64,000 bases of DNA, taken from assembly GCA_950097015.1 (NCBI GenBank), contig CATNEN010000001.1:23870001-23934000 (forward strand), given 5' to 3'. The notes beneath the pieces were generated by a model. That model did not search any database. It saw only the letters and a program-made list of their open reading frames with translations, and was not told the DNA's origin. Within the stretch, counting starts at the first letter, position 1, and every line of letters begins with the position of its first letter. This document shows positions 37,050-49,400 of the stretch, in pieces. Origin of the DNA: Macrostomum hystrix. Taxonomy: Eukaryota; Animalia; Platyhelminthes. A program made the translations under genes and the position numbers.

Positions 37050-37846
37050 TTATTAATATTGATAATTACAGGAGGGCTGCGGGCAATGGCGCATCATTAG
37101 GTGACACTAGACCAGGGGTCGGCAAACTCCGACCCGCGGGCCAGATGCGGCCCTCGAAGCTCCCAAATCCGGCCCGTTGCCCCTTCTGACATCTACAGTG
37201 TCTTGTATCATCTCTCCCGTGTCTAATCTCTCCCGTGTCTAATCTCTCCCGTGTCTAATCTCTCCCGTGTCTAATCTCTCCCGTGTCTAATCTCTCCCGT
37301 GTCTTGTCTTTCCTGTGTCTCATCTCTCCAGTGTCTCATCTCTCCCGTGTCTCATCTCTCCCGTGCCTCATCTCTCCCGTGTCTCATCTCTCCCGTGTCT
37401 CATCTCTCCCGTGTCTAATCTCTCCCGTGTCTTGTCTTTCCTGTGTCTCATCTCTCCTGTGTCTCATCTCTCCCCTATCTCTTATTTATACAGTCAATGC
37501 GGCCCGCTGTCGTCTTTTAGGTTCTCTCTTTGGCCCGCCAGCAAATAAGTTTGCCTACCCCTGCACTAGACCCACAGCGAGGAGCCAATTTAGCCCATTT
37601 CACTGACTCCTCAGCACAAACGCACACAGATACCGTACGCAGGCACACACTCACAAGTGTGAGTCCTGACTTTCTCATCGTCAGGCCGTGTACCATCTCA
37701 CTGTGCATTGGAGGTTGGCCTTCAAGGGCGTAAATTTCACGACAAGCCCCCAAGCCTTCTCTCTGCGGCTGCGCCTCGCCGCGGAATCGAGCTCAGGAAC
37801 CTTGGTGCGAGGCAAACGCTTTAATTGCTTTGCCACTCACCCCCCC
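37050..37846 (-). mobile_element. SINE family A full-length copy, interrupted in its 3' tail by a hAT MITE
   Basis: Head and body lie at 37846-37564. The tail (ctagtgtcacctaatgatgcgccattg...cagccctcctgtaatt) continues left of 37112 and matches the tail at 42967. Confidence 0.85.
37113..37563. mobile_element. Non-autonomous hAT (Charlie-like) MITE, 451 bp, with an internal 16 bp minisatellite (37209-37480)
   Basis: TIRs CAGGGGTCGGCAAACT / AGTTTGCCTACCCCTG (15/16 match). Perfect 8 bp TSD CACTAGAC at 37105-37112 and 37564-37571. Confidence 0.92.
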
Positions 37847-38011
37847 GATTATGAACTTAGTTTAGGGAGATTGTAGCTCACTTATTAGGACTGAAAACTT
37901 CCGGCTTTAGCTCACAAGAAACGACGCGAATCCTTAAACTGTAAACCATTCACACATCTGTAATATGAAATTAATAAACTTGCAGTCGTTGAAGCAAGTC
38001 CGAACTCAACC

Positions 38012-41000
38012 ATGACAACCGAAACAGCAGCAGCAGCAGCCGAGTCGTCCAGCGTCGCCAAAGATGTCGCATCAGCGGAGCTGGCAGCGGCGGCCTCTCT
38101 AACCATTCCACCGGCCAGCGACTTTCCCACCCTGAAGAATGACCTGATCCTGCGCGCCGCGCGCCGCCAGCCGGTGCCTCGCGTGCCAGTCTGGCTGATG
38201 CGCCAGGCGGGCCGCTACCTGCCTGAGTTTCGCGACACCCGCTCCAGGCACGACTTCTTCACCATTTGCCGCACACCCGGCCTAGCCTGCGAAATCACCC
38301 TGCAGCCGATGCGTCGCTTCCCATTGGACGCCGCTATTATCTTTAGCGACATCCTAGTTGTGCCGCAGGCCCTGGGACTGGAAGTAGTCATGGTGGAAGC
38401 CAAGGGACCAGTACTGCCTAAGCCTATTGTGGAACCGGTTGATCTGGATCGACTCAGAACACCAGTGGATGTGAATAAGGAGCTGGGCTATGTGATGGAT
38501 GCCATCACGCTGACGCGACACAAACTGGATGGTAAGTGCCGCTCCTAGAGCTAGCTCTTAGAGATGCTCTGTGCTTAATGCTCTGCTGATTGTCTGAGAA
38601 CTGTTGCACTTACACCTGCTGGCAATAGGCTATCAACGCAAGGCCTTAGTCCTTTTGCGCTCTATCCGATAAAACAACTTCTAGAATCACAGAACATCGA
38701 CATCGTCGAGATATTCAACGATTCTCGCCGGGTGTCTTGCGGCATGAACCGCAAATATAGGCATATTTTAATCATGTGGGCAATCGTGTTGACTATTTTG
38801 AATTGATTGCATTGTTACTTTTACATTTTTGAACCAATATGGATTCGCCATAGAAGTTTACACCGAGCAATATTACTTGTTCTTGTCACCAGGTTCTTTG
38901 ACAAGAATCGCTGAAAGGGCGGAAAATTCTGATCCATGTAGTGGACTTTCACGAAAATCGGTCATTCGGTTTGGGAGCTATCGTGAAGTACTCAGTGGGT
39001 GTTTATAAGCCCCTGGTCTTTCCCCAGTTGTAATAGCGTGGCATTTGTACTGTTTAAGTATCTTTAAGCTATAAGCGACACGGTGCATATAAGAAATAAA
39101 GAACTGGGTCAGACAATCCTGTGAGCAGGGGGTCAGACAATCCTGTGAGCAGGGGCTCAGACAATCCTGTGAGCAGGGGGTCAGACAATCCTGTGAGCAG
39201 GGGGTCAGACAATCCTGTGAGCAGGGGGTCAGTCAATCCTGTGAGCAGGGGGTCAGTCAATCCTGTGAGCATGGGGTCAGACAATCCTGTGAGCAGGGGC
39301 TCAGACAATCCTGTGAGCAGGGGGTCAGTCAATCCTGTGAGCAGGGGCTCAGACAATCCTGTGAGCAGGGGGTCAGACAATCCTGTGAGCAGGGGCTCAG
39401 ACAATCCTGTGAGCAGGGGGTCAGACAATCCTGTGAGCAGGGGCTCAGACAATCCTGTGAGCAGGGGGTCAGACAATCCTGTGAGCAGGGGGTCAGACAA
39501 TCCTGTGAGCAGGGGTGGAGAACGCGGCAAAATTCACAATCAATCTGTATTTTTATCGATTTCCCACCTGCAAATTCAAGGCCAGGCTCCGCTGATTGGC
39601 TTCGCTGGCGCACCCTGGACCCTCATGGCCTACATGATCGAGGGCGGCAGCTCCACCACCCACGCCAAGAGCAAGCGCTGGCTCTACGCTTATCCGGAGG
39701 CCAGCAACCGCTTGCTGGATGCCATCACGGATGTGGTCATCGACTTCCTGGTGGCTCAGGCCCGCGCCGGCGCCCAGCTGGTGCAGCTGTTCGAGTCCCA
39801 CTGCGGCTGCCTGACTCCGGAATTGTTCCGCCGGTACGAGCTGCCGCGGCTGGCCAGAATTGTCGCCGAGATCAGGCGTCGGTTGGGCGCGGACGCTCCA
39901 CCGATAATCGCCTTCGCCAAGGATGGCCACTTTGCGCTTGAGATGCTGGCCAACGAGTGCGCCTTCGATGTGGTCAGCGTCGACTGGACCATGGAGCCCG
40001 CCGAGTGCCGACGGCGGATCGGCGAGAGCCCCGTGGCGCTGCAAGGTTAAGACCCTGCCCGCCCCGATGTACACTCATTCCCTCATGTACTGCCCCAACC
40101 CATTTTATACTCTCGCCTACTACCTTGCCTGCCCTATTTTACACTCATCCTCTCGTATCTTGCCTGCCCGAATGTACATTCGTTTCATCCTATCCTGCCC
40201 TAATGCACGCTCAACCCCTCCTATCTTTCCTGCCACGATGTACACTCTTCCCCCTTCTATCCTTCCTGTCCCGATGTACACTCTTCCCCCTTCTATCCTT
40301 CCTGCCCCGATGTAAACTCTTCCCCCTTCTAAACTCCTGTCCCGATGTACACTCTTTCCCCTTCTATCCTTCCTGTCCCGATGTAAACTCTTCCCCCTTC
40401 TATCCTTCCTGTCCCGATGTAAACTCTTCCCCCTTCTATCCTTCCTGTCCCGATGTACACTCTTCTCCCTTCTATCCTTCCTGCCCCGATGTACACTCTT
40501 CCCCCTTCTATCCTTCCTGCCCCGATGTACACTCTTCCCCCTTCTATCCTTCCTGTCCCGATGTACACTCTTCCCCCTTCTATCCTTCCTGTCCCGATGT
40601 ACACTCTTCCCCCTTCTATCCTTCCTGTCCCGATGTACACTCTTCCCCCTTCTATCCTTCCTGTCCCGATGGGACAGGATGGACATCCTGTCCCGATGTC
40701 CCCCTTCATCTCTTACTCTTCCCCTCCTATCCTTCCTGTGCTAATGTACACTCATCCCCCTCCTTGTTCAGCCAATCACTGATTACTTCAGCCTGCCCCA
40801 TGTACATTCCCCTGGCCAATCGCGCACTCATTCTTTGAATCCTCCCCGTCGGTTTTCTCAAGGCAACCTGGACCCAGTGCTGATGGCCTGCCAGGACCGG
40901 GAGCTGCTCACCCAGGAGGTGTCCCGCACTCTGAATGGCTTCGGCACCCGAGGCTACATCTGCAACCTGGGCCACGGCATCTACCCGGATGCCGATCCGA

Positions 41001-41077
41001 ACACGGTGGCCGCCTTTATCGACACGGTGCACCAGCTGTCTGAAACTGCTGTAGCCGCTTGCTCTGGCGATAGTTGA
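38012..41077 (+). CDS. UROD: Uroporphyrinogen decarboxylase; exons 38012-38531, 39581-40045, 40863-41077
   Basis: [38 protein letters not shown]|GNLDP and [10 protein letters not shown]. Both introns are phase 1. AATAAA at 41164. Confidence 0.96.
39106..39515. repeat. Minisatellite, 24 bp unit (gggtcagacaatcctgtgagcagg), ~17 copies, UROD intron 1
   Basis: Direct tandem copies. Confidence 0.95.
40055..40805. repeat. Minisatellite, 36 bp unit (cctgtcccgatgtacactcttcccccttctatcctt), filling UROD intron 2
   Basis: Homogeneous core with degenerate edges. Confidence 0.92.
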
Positions 41078-41586
41078 GTGCCGAAGTAGCTTGCGGCCCG
41101 GACTGCAATCCGCAATCACTGTTATTTATTAGCTTAGCATATGGGCACAATTTGGTCTGGTTCAATAAAGATCTATGAGATTTATTCTACTGAATTTTCA
41201 CCAATTCTTTGCTGACCCCGTTAATGGAACCAATCGATTGAAAAGAGAGAAGCAGCGAGTTCCGCTTTATCGCTAATGTTATATATTTATAGCTTGTAAT
41301 AATTTACAGTACTCAAATTATATATATTCGGATTACTAGCTAAAGGTGACATTTTCGAGTGGCTTATGTGGAAAAGTACAAAACTATTTACGCTTCGTAG
41401 TTTCCTGTTGTTGCTTCTAGTGCTATTAAGTTTAGCAATATTTTATTGAATTCTTGCTACACAATTTCATGCAACAAAAGTATAGTTTACTCTTGTATTG
41501 AGTATTCAGTTTGAGCTTGGTAGTCACTTTTTTTCAAGCTTAAAGCAGTTTAAATTTAGTATATTTAAACAATTTGGATTATCGCC

Positions 41587-42056
41587 TGTATCTCACCCCG
41601 TGTCTGATCTCTCCCGTGTCTCATCTCTCCCGTGTCTCATCTCTCCCCTGTCTGATCTCTCCCGTGTCTCATCTCTCCCGTGTCTCATTTCTCCCGTGTC
41701 TCATCTCTTCCGTGTCTCATCTCTCCCGTGTCTCATCTCTCCCGTGTCTCATCTCTCCCGTGTCTCATCTCTCCCGTGTCTCATCTCTCTCGTGTCTCAT
41801 CTCTCCCGTGTCTCATCTCTCCCGTGTCTCATCTCTCCCGTGTCTCATCTCTCCCGTGTCTCATCTCTCCCGTGTCTCATCTCTCCCGTGTCTCATCTCT
41901 CCCGTGTCTTATCTCTCCCGTGTCTCATCTCTCCCGTGTCTGATCTCTCCCGTGTCTCATCTCTCCCGTGTCTCATCTCTCCCGTGTCTGATCTCTCCCG
42001 TGTCTCATCTCTCCCGTGTCTCATCTCTCCCGTGTCTTATCTCTCCCGTGTCTCAT
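41587..42056. repeat. Minisatellite, 16 bp unit (tctcatctctcccgtg), ~29 copies
   Basis: Direct tandem copies of the same unit as at 37.2 kb and, reversed, at 10.7 kb. Confidence 0.95.
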
Positions 42057-42058
42057 AT

Positions 42059-42192
42059 AGATGTACATACCTATTTGAGCGTGTGCCTGCGTAGGGTACC
42101 TGTGTGCGCACCTACAGACTCAGGAGTCAGCGAAAGGGGGCAGATTGGCCTCCTTGCTGGCCGGGGGGTCTACTGTCGCCAAACGATGCACT
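42059..42192 (+). mobile_element. SINE family A, 3' fragment
   Basis: agatgtaca...ctcaggagtcagcgaaa...gcctccttgctggc...ggtc. Confidence 0.8.
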
Positions 42193-42423
42193 AGTCTCAC
42201 AAATCATTTTATTTTCTCACCTCTAACTCTTTCCTCTGTGTCATCTGTCCGATTCTTCAACTTTCTCCTGTGTCCTGTCCGTATCTTATTCATCCACTGT
42301 CTCAACTCCGATGTGAAATCTTAACTGTTCATCCGGCCTGCTGCGCTCAGGTGTCAAACCTGCAAGTGCTTAAGTATGCTGCATTTTGAGCACAAGACAC
42401 TCAACCCTTGCAGCTGCAAAGTC

Positions 42424-45385
42424 ATGGCATCCACCATAGCATTGCTGAAGAGTTTTCTAGTGGCCTCCGTGGCCGTCAACAATAAGAAGGACAGCGAGCA
42501 TGTCACGGTGCAGTCCCTGCTGGAGGCACACACCAGACTGTTCGGAGTGCCGCTGCCTCTAGACAAGCTGGGCTACCCCAGCCTCGACAACCTCATCAAG
42601 GACGCTCTCTCCAATACCTTTGAGCTTTACAGGTGTGTTTAAGTATTAATTAATTTACCGAGTTATTTTCATATGAAGGGTCGGTGGCAGAGCGGTTGAC
42701 GCGTTTGCCTCTCGCACCAATGTCCCTGAGCTCGATTATGCGGCGAGGCCTCATTGATTTGGGGCGCAGCCGCGGAGAGAAGGCTTGGGAGCTTGTCGTG
42801 CAATTTACGTCCATAAGGGGCAAACTCCAAGGCACAGTGAAGTGTACACTGACGATGAGGACAGATGTACACCCCCCTGTGAGAGTGTGCCTGCGTATGC
42901 GTACGGTATCTGTGTACGTGTGTGCTCAGGAGTCAGCGAAATGGGCAGAATTGCTGATTCCAGTTCTAGTGTCACCAAATGATGCGCCATTGCTCGCTGC
43001 CCTTCTGCCTTCTGCAATTTCTATTATTAAATATTATTTCCAGCTGAATGCATGTCGTATAATTCGCAGATTCGGCCCCTATCAGTGCGTGCGCTCTCTT
43101 GTGAAGCCGGCTGGCCAAAACATCGTTGCCATGATGCGCAAAGAGAAGCCGCCGTCTTCGAAGAAATCCAGTAAGCACCGCAAAAGGAAAGGGTATCGAT
43201 ACGGTGGCGGATGCGGCGCCTATAAAAAATGGCAGCCTGCTGCCGCAACCGGCAATCCTGCATTTGGAAAGCGTCTTAGCGCTCCTCCTGTGCTGCCAAG
43301 GCCCGCGGCCTCTGCAAGGCAACCTTTGCTGCCACAACCGGCGCCGATCGGACTATTTGGATTGACGACCAAGCAACAAGTTCAACTGCAGCAACAGCAG
43401 CAGCAGCAACAACTGCAGCAGAATCAGCAACTGCAGCAGCAGAATCAGCAACTGCAGCAGCAGCGACAACTGCAGCAGTATCAGCAACTGCAGCAGCAGC
43501 AGCGACAAATGCAGCAGCAGCAGAAGCCGTCGTGGCAGTTAAAAAAACCCGAACAGCCGCCGCAGCCGCAGTTGTCAATTTCCTGCGGCGTTCCATCCGA
43601 GCTTCGAAGTCGCGTAGTGGAATTAGTCTCAGCCAAGCCTGGCTACACAATTGCCAGCTTTGATGATCAGTTTGTTAGCCAATTCGGCATCCGCTTGCCT
43701 TACAAACAGTTGGGATTTGCCAACCTGCTTGCCCTAATGCAGCGTCTGGAGAGTCTGAGGGACATTCAACTATTCCAAATGCACAAGAACATGCTGGTGC
43801 TCCCGCCAGGTGACATGGCTCAGCGCAGTCGAGTCGCTGCATTTCCTAGCAACTCCTTGCTGGGGCCTCCGCAGTCAAACTGTTTCCGGCGAGCGTCCGA
43901 CTTAAATGCGACTGAGAAGGAAAACCTTTTAACATCAACTGCGAGCGGTGAAGAAGTTAAGCCTCTGGAGCAAGTAGGTGCTCACATTAGGGGAGACTCA
44001 GCCGGCTCAGCCTCCTCCTCTGGCAGCACCCTTCTAGCTGAGCCTCTGCCGCATGCCTTTCCTGCTTCGATTCGCCCGACAGGAAGTTTCTGTGGGCCGA
44101 CAAAGCGCGACTTGCCAATAAACTCAGGATGCATTGCTAAGCAAGGAGCGTCGTTAGGGGCCAAGGATGTGTCTTTAAGCCTAAACGCCGCAAAGGCTTG
44201 TTCCGGATTAAATAGTCTGCGAGATGGAGTTCTTGTTAAGGAAGCTGGTCTCATTGCCAGGCAACCGCTTGTAGAATCCGGGCATGACAAGCTGTCTCCA
44301 GAAAGCGTGAGTCCGCTGCTAGGTCATGAACATCAGAGAAGTGTGCAGCGCATGTCACTGGACGGCCGAATGGTGCGCTATCGCGAAGTGTCGCTCAGCG
44401 CCGTATCCCTTGAAGCCTCTATCCGTGATCGAAGCTCGCTTTCCCATGTCACTATGGACAACGATGACGCCAGCAGCAAACGAAGCAATGTGCCCGACGA
44501 CTGCGTCTCGACACGGCACCGGATGCCGCTCGCGCTGCGCCAGCTGGCCACGCGTGGCGGTCTCGTGGCCGTCGAAGTGGTCTCAGCTAACGGTTCTGGT
44601 GACCTTTTGCTGGGCGTTCGCGAATCTGATCTGCGATCATCCGGACTGGCCGACCGGCTTGGCCAGATGCCGGCCAACATGGCCCAGTGGCCGGCCGAGC
44701 GTTGGCGCCGATTGGCCACTCGTCACATGATACCGGGTGCCCTGTGCGTTGCCCGACTAAGCGGCAAATACCACAGGGTCAGGGTGGACCGCCTGACGCC
44801 CAATCTGCAGCCGCTTGTACGTCTCATCGACATGGGCGGCATTCAAGTTACGGCTCAGTCTGGCGACCTGTTTTACCTGCCCAGAATCTTTGCTGATGCC
44901 GCCCCGGCTGTCTTTCTGTCGGCCGCCGTTGCCAACGTGCGCGTACTCAGCTCCAAGGCATCCGCTGCCGCCGGCAAGCTGCGACTACTGCTGCTCGCCA
45001 CCCGAACCAGTGATGGCGACATTAGGGTGCGCCTGCCACCTGAACTCAAGAAGGAGCCACAGTTTGAGGTGAGCTCATTGGCTAGAACTAGCAGCTTGTC
45101 TTTATCACCAAGCCACTCAGGTTAAAAACCTCATCAACTCACGAACTCACAATATTTTAGACGCGAGTTCCTGTCGAGTTTGTGTCGCCGCCCATCGCCG
45201 ATCAGCTAATTGAAGCCGGTTTGGCTGAAAGCATCGCCGATGCCGCCTTTGTAAGTGATTGCCATTTGAACGGATTAGTTTGCGGGAATTTTTTCCATGC
45301 CGACCAAATTAATATTTATATTGATTTGAATTAATTTCAGAGTAATCTCAGCCATGATCTTCTGGCGCAGCTGCCTGATGCCTGA
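42424..45385 (+). CDS. LOTUS (OST-HTH) x2 plus extended Tudor protein, TDRD5/TDRD7/Tejas-like; exons 42424-42632, 43070-45068, 45161-45250, 45341-45385
   Basis: LOTUS-like FGVPLPLDKLGYPSLDNLI and FGIRLPYKQLGFANLLALM, a poly-Q linker, Tudor-like GALCVARLSGKYHRVRV...VRLIDMG, and terminal IADQLIEAGLA. Junction phases (2, 0, 0) are consistent. Confidence 0.8.
42677..43035 (+). mobile_element. SINE family A near full-length copy in intron 1 of the LOTUS/Tudor gene
   Basis: A-box TGGCAGAGCGG, gagctcgatt, body and tail. Confidence 0.88.
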
Positions 45386-45694
45386 GGTGCGAAATTAAAT
45401 TAGCAAAACTGGCAGTCTGGGATTGAAACAGTTGTTTCTTGTGCAGCTTTTTTAATGTACTTGTCCTAACTTTCGTTCTTTATAATCTGCATTAGCGAAA
45501 TTGCTAAATCGTATATACTAGCATATTTGTACTTAAATAGAAATCTATATAACCTCAAAGTGCCTGCACTTGACAAACAAAGCTTTCTATTCTACTTGAG
45601 AACAGTTAATTTGAGTAAAAGCGTTCATCTGTTTGAGAATAATATGGTTTAATATTTTCATCTCTAAAATTATTTCTTAATCTGTACCAAACTT

Positions 45695-46048
45695 GCACTA
45701 CTTACAGATGGCTTCACCAGTAGTATTTGCGAACATGAGCAAAAAAACTTGGCAATCCACACCACACATGCACTACTTACAGATGGCTTCACCAGTAGTA
45801 TTTGCGAACATGAGCAATAAAACTTGGCAATCCACACCACACATGCACTACTTACAGATGGCTTCACCAGTAGTATTTGCGAACATGAGCAATAAAACTT
45901 GGCAATCCACACCACACATGCACTACTTACAGATGGCTTCACCAGTAGTATTCACGAACATGAGCAATAAAACTTGGCAATCCACACCACACATGCGCTA
46001 CTTACAGATGGCTTCACCAGTAGTATTCACGAACATGAGCAATAAAAG
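45695..46048. repeat. Tandem repeat, 75 bp unit, ~4.7 copies
   Basis: gcactacttacagatggcttcaccagtagtatt... recurs every 75 bp. Confidence 0.95.
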
Positions 46049-46411
46049 TAGTATTTTTTGTGCCACACTTGCACTTTTCGCATCAGCAACAGAGAGCTCC
46101 ACTGATTTAGTTTTGTGTAACTGCTCTTCCGCCTCATACCAATACCAGTTGGTGGCGATTTACAGCTAGTCTGTCATTCTGCTTTCCTGTCAATTGAAAG
46201 GTTTCAAATATACTTGCTGGCTAGATTTCTAGTACTCATTCTAGTGAATTCATGCTTCGGCTTACTCTCATTTTTTAGCCATATGTACTATTCCTTATTT
46301 TGCAAGACTAGATACTTTCTCATTTAGATTTATCCTTGTACTAATTAGAGAAATCCCAGGACTCACAATTTGCTTTGTCCCTCAGCTGCACGCCTGCTTC
46401 AGGAAGCTGGA

Positions 46412-49400
46412 ATGAATCCACCGATGGCGCCGCCGCCGCTGCCTCATCAGCATCAGCAGCTGGCGCATCGCCCAAACTCGCTGCGTCGCAGCATCAGCAC
46501 GCCCAACGCCCCGAAACGGCAGTCCGTGCTGCGGGACTCCGGGCTTCAAAACCAGCGAGACCTCGCTGGCCAGTCAGCCAGTGCTCACTGCTCACCGCCC
46601 AAACAGCTGCGCCGAAGTACCAGGAACTCCGCTGCCGTTGCGAATATCGCTGTGAGCACCTGAACTGGCTCCTCTCCTGACACCACCACCTGACACCAGC
46701 TGGCTCCTCACCTGACACCACCACCTGACACCAGCTGGCTCCTCACCTGACACCACCACCTGACACCAGATGGCTCCCCACCTGACACCACCACCTCACA
46801 CCAGCTGGCTCCCACCTGACACCACCACCTCACACCAGCTGGCTCCCACCTGACACCACCACCTGACACCAGCTGGCTCCTCACCTGACACCACCACCTG
46901 ACACCAGATGGCTCCCCACCTGACACCACCACCTCACACCAGCTGGCTCCCACCTGACACCACCACCTGACACCAGCTGGCTCCTCACCTGACACCACCA
47001 CCTGACGCCAACTGGCTCCTGACCTGACACCAGCTGGATCCCCACCTGACACCACCACCTGACGCCAACTGGCTCCTGACCTGACACCAGCTGGCTCCTG
47101 ACCTGACACCACCACGTGACACCACCACCTGACACCAGCTGGCTCCTGACATGACACCACCTGACACCACCACCTGACACCAGCTGCCGCAATTCCCATT
47201 CGCAATTGACAGATCTTGGGCTTGGCTGAGAACATGAATCGAATGAGCCTGTCAGGAGCCCTTGGAGGCCAGCCGACTGCCCGGACGCCGCGCAAGCCGC
47301 GTCCTCCGCCGGTGTCGTGTGAGACGCCGCCGTCGCCCGTCATCACTCCGCCGCCGAAGCTGCAGCCGCCGCCGCCGACAAAGACGCCAACTTCTGCCAA
47401 AGCGCTGCCGAGACGCAGCGTGGCCAAGAAGGGGCCGGGATTCTACAGCGAGCAGCCCCACTCCCCAGTATCTGCGCTGCCAGCCGCGGACAGCGACGAT
47501 ACCGACGAAGACGAAGACTTCAAACAGCCGGATAGTGACGACACTGAAGAACTGAATGACAGCGACGAACTGGAGGACAGCGAAGACGAGGACAACTCGG
47601 TCAGCGTCGAGGATATTTCCGGAGATGCAGATGGCGACGAGGATCTTGACGACCTGGAAGACGACGTTGCAAGCGTCGACTCGTTGGATGTGACGCTGGC
47701 GGGCGAACTACTGGCCAGGGGCGGCTCGCCTAGCATCAAGAGACGACAGGTGAGAGCATTGGTCTGTTCACTGACGTACTACTTTCACCCGCCCCTACTA
47801 AACCATCATCCGCCACTACCACACCATAATCCGCCCTACCTCGCCATCATCCGCCCCTACTACACCATCATCCGCCCCTACCTCGCCATCATCCGCCCCT
47901 ACCACACCATCATCCGCCCCTACTACACCATCATCCGCCCCTCTACCCTCGACCTATTCGCAGGCCGGCAGACGTGTATCCCGTGCAGCCTCTTCGCTGC
48001 TTCGCGACGATGACATTCGCCTGCCCAGCCGACGCGGCGCCGGCGGGCGAAGATCAACAGCCCCTATCGACCTGGCCCGGCAGCGCCTGCAGGCTCGGGA
48101 GACGCCACGCAGTCTGCCCTGCCGTGAAGCCGAGCTCAACACGGTGTTCAGCTTCATCGAGAGTCGGCTTCGTCAGGAGGGCGGCTGCGGCGGCTGCCTG
48201 TTCATCAGCGGCGTGCCGGGCACGGGCAAGACTGCCACAGTGATGGAAGCGCTGCGGTCTGTGGCGGAGCTCCCCGACCTGCCAGAGTTCGACAAGGTGC
48301 TGGTCAACGGCATGAAGGTCACGGAGCCCCGGCGCGTCTACTCAGCCATTGTGCGACAGCTGCACAAGGTACTCACACAGTCATGCTGATCTCTGGTCTT
48401 TTCCCGGGGTCAGTTTGGTCCTTAGGCTTTTCCTCAGGGTCAATTCAGTTCTCAGGCTTTTCCTGAAACTGCTTTTACTCCTTTTAGTCTCGATTCAACC
48501 GTATCCTCAGACCCTGCTGAGCCCAAACCCGAGACCCTACTCAGCCCAAACCTGAGACCCTACTCAGCCCAAACCCGAGACCCTACTCAGCCCAAACCTG
48601 AGACCCTACTCAGCCCAAACCTGAGACCCTACTCAGCCCAAACCTGAGACCCTACTCAGCCCATCCCTGAGACCCTACTCAGCCCAAACCTGAGACCCTA
48701 CTCAGCCCATCCTTCAAACTCTACTCAGCGACCCTAGTCTGCCCATCCTACCTACTCAGACCCTACTCATTTCTCTGAGCTCTGAACACGGCACTCCCCC
48801 ACCCCATCCCCAGATCCGCGCTCCCTGGCAGGCCGCGCTTCGCCGCCTGAAGTCGGAATTCACGGGCCCCGGTCGTCGGCCCTGCGTGCTGCTGGTGGAC
48901 GAGCTGGACATGCTTTGCACCAAGCGACAGGACGTGCTCTACAACCTGTTCGACTGGCCACAGCATCCCGACTCGCGCCTCATTGTTCTGGCCATCGCCA
49001 ACACCATGGACCTGCCGGAGCGGGTTCTGATGCACCGGGTCGCTTCGCGGCTGGGTCTGAGCCGCCTGGTGTTCCAGGCCTACAGCCACCAGCAGCTGGA
49101 GGACATTGTGCGGGCCAGACTTTCTGGTTTGGGAATATTCGAGGATCAGGCGGTTGAGATGGCGGCTAGGAAAGTGGCGGCTGTCAGCGGCGATGCCAGG
49201 TGAGTTCAGTGCCTGTCAGGTGGGTTCTTAGCCTGTCAGGTGGGTTCTTAGTCTGTCAGGTGGGTTCTTAGTCTTTCAGGTGGGTTCTTTGGCTGTCAGG
49301 TGGGTTCTTAGTCTTTCAGGTGGGTTCTTAGTCTGTCAGGTGGGTTCTTAGTCTGTCAGGTGGGTTCTCAATCTGTCAGGGTTTTCAATCTGTCAGGAGG

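Noticed and set aside
42684-43069. N-terminal part of the 813 aa ORF
   Set aside because: It is an intronic SINE read through by chance. The real exon starts at the acceptor at 43070.
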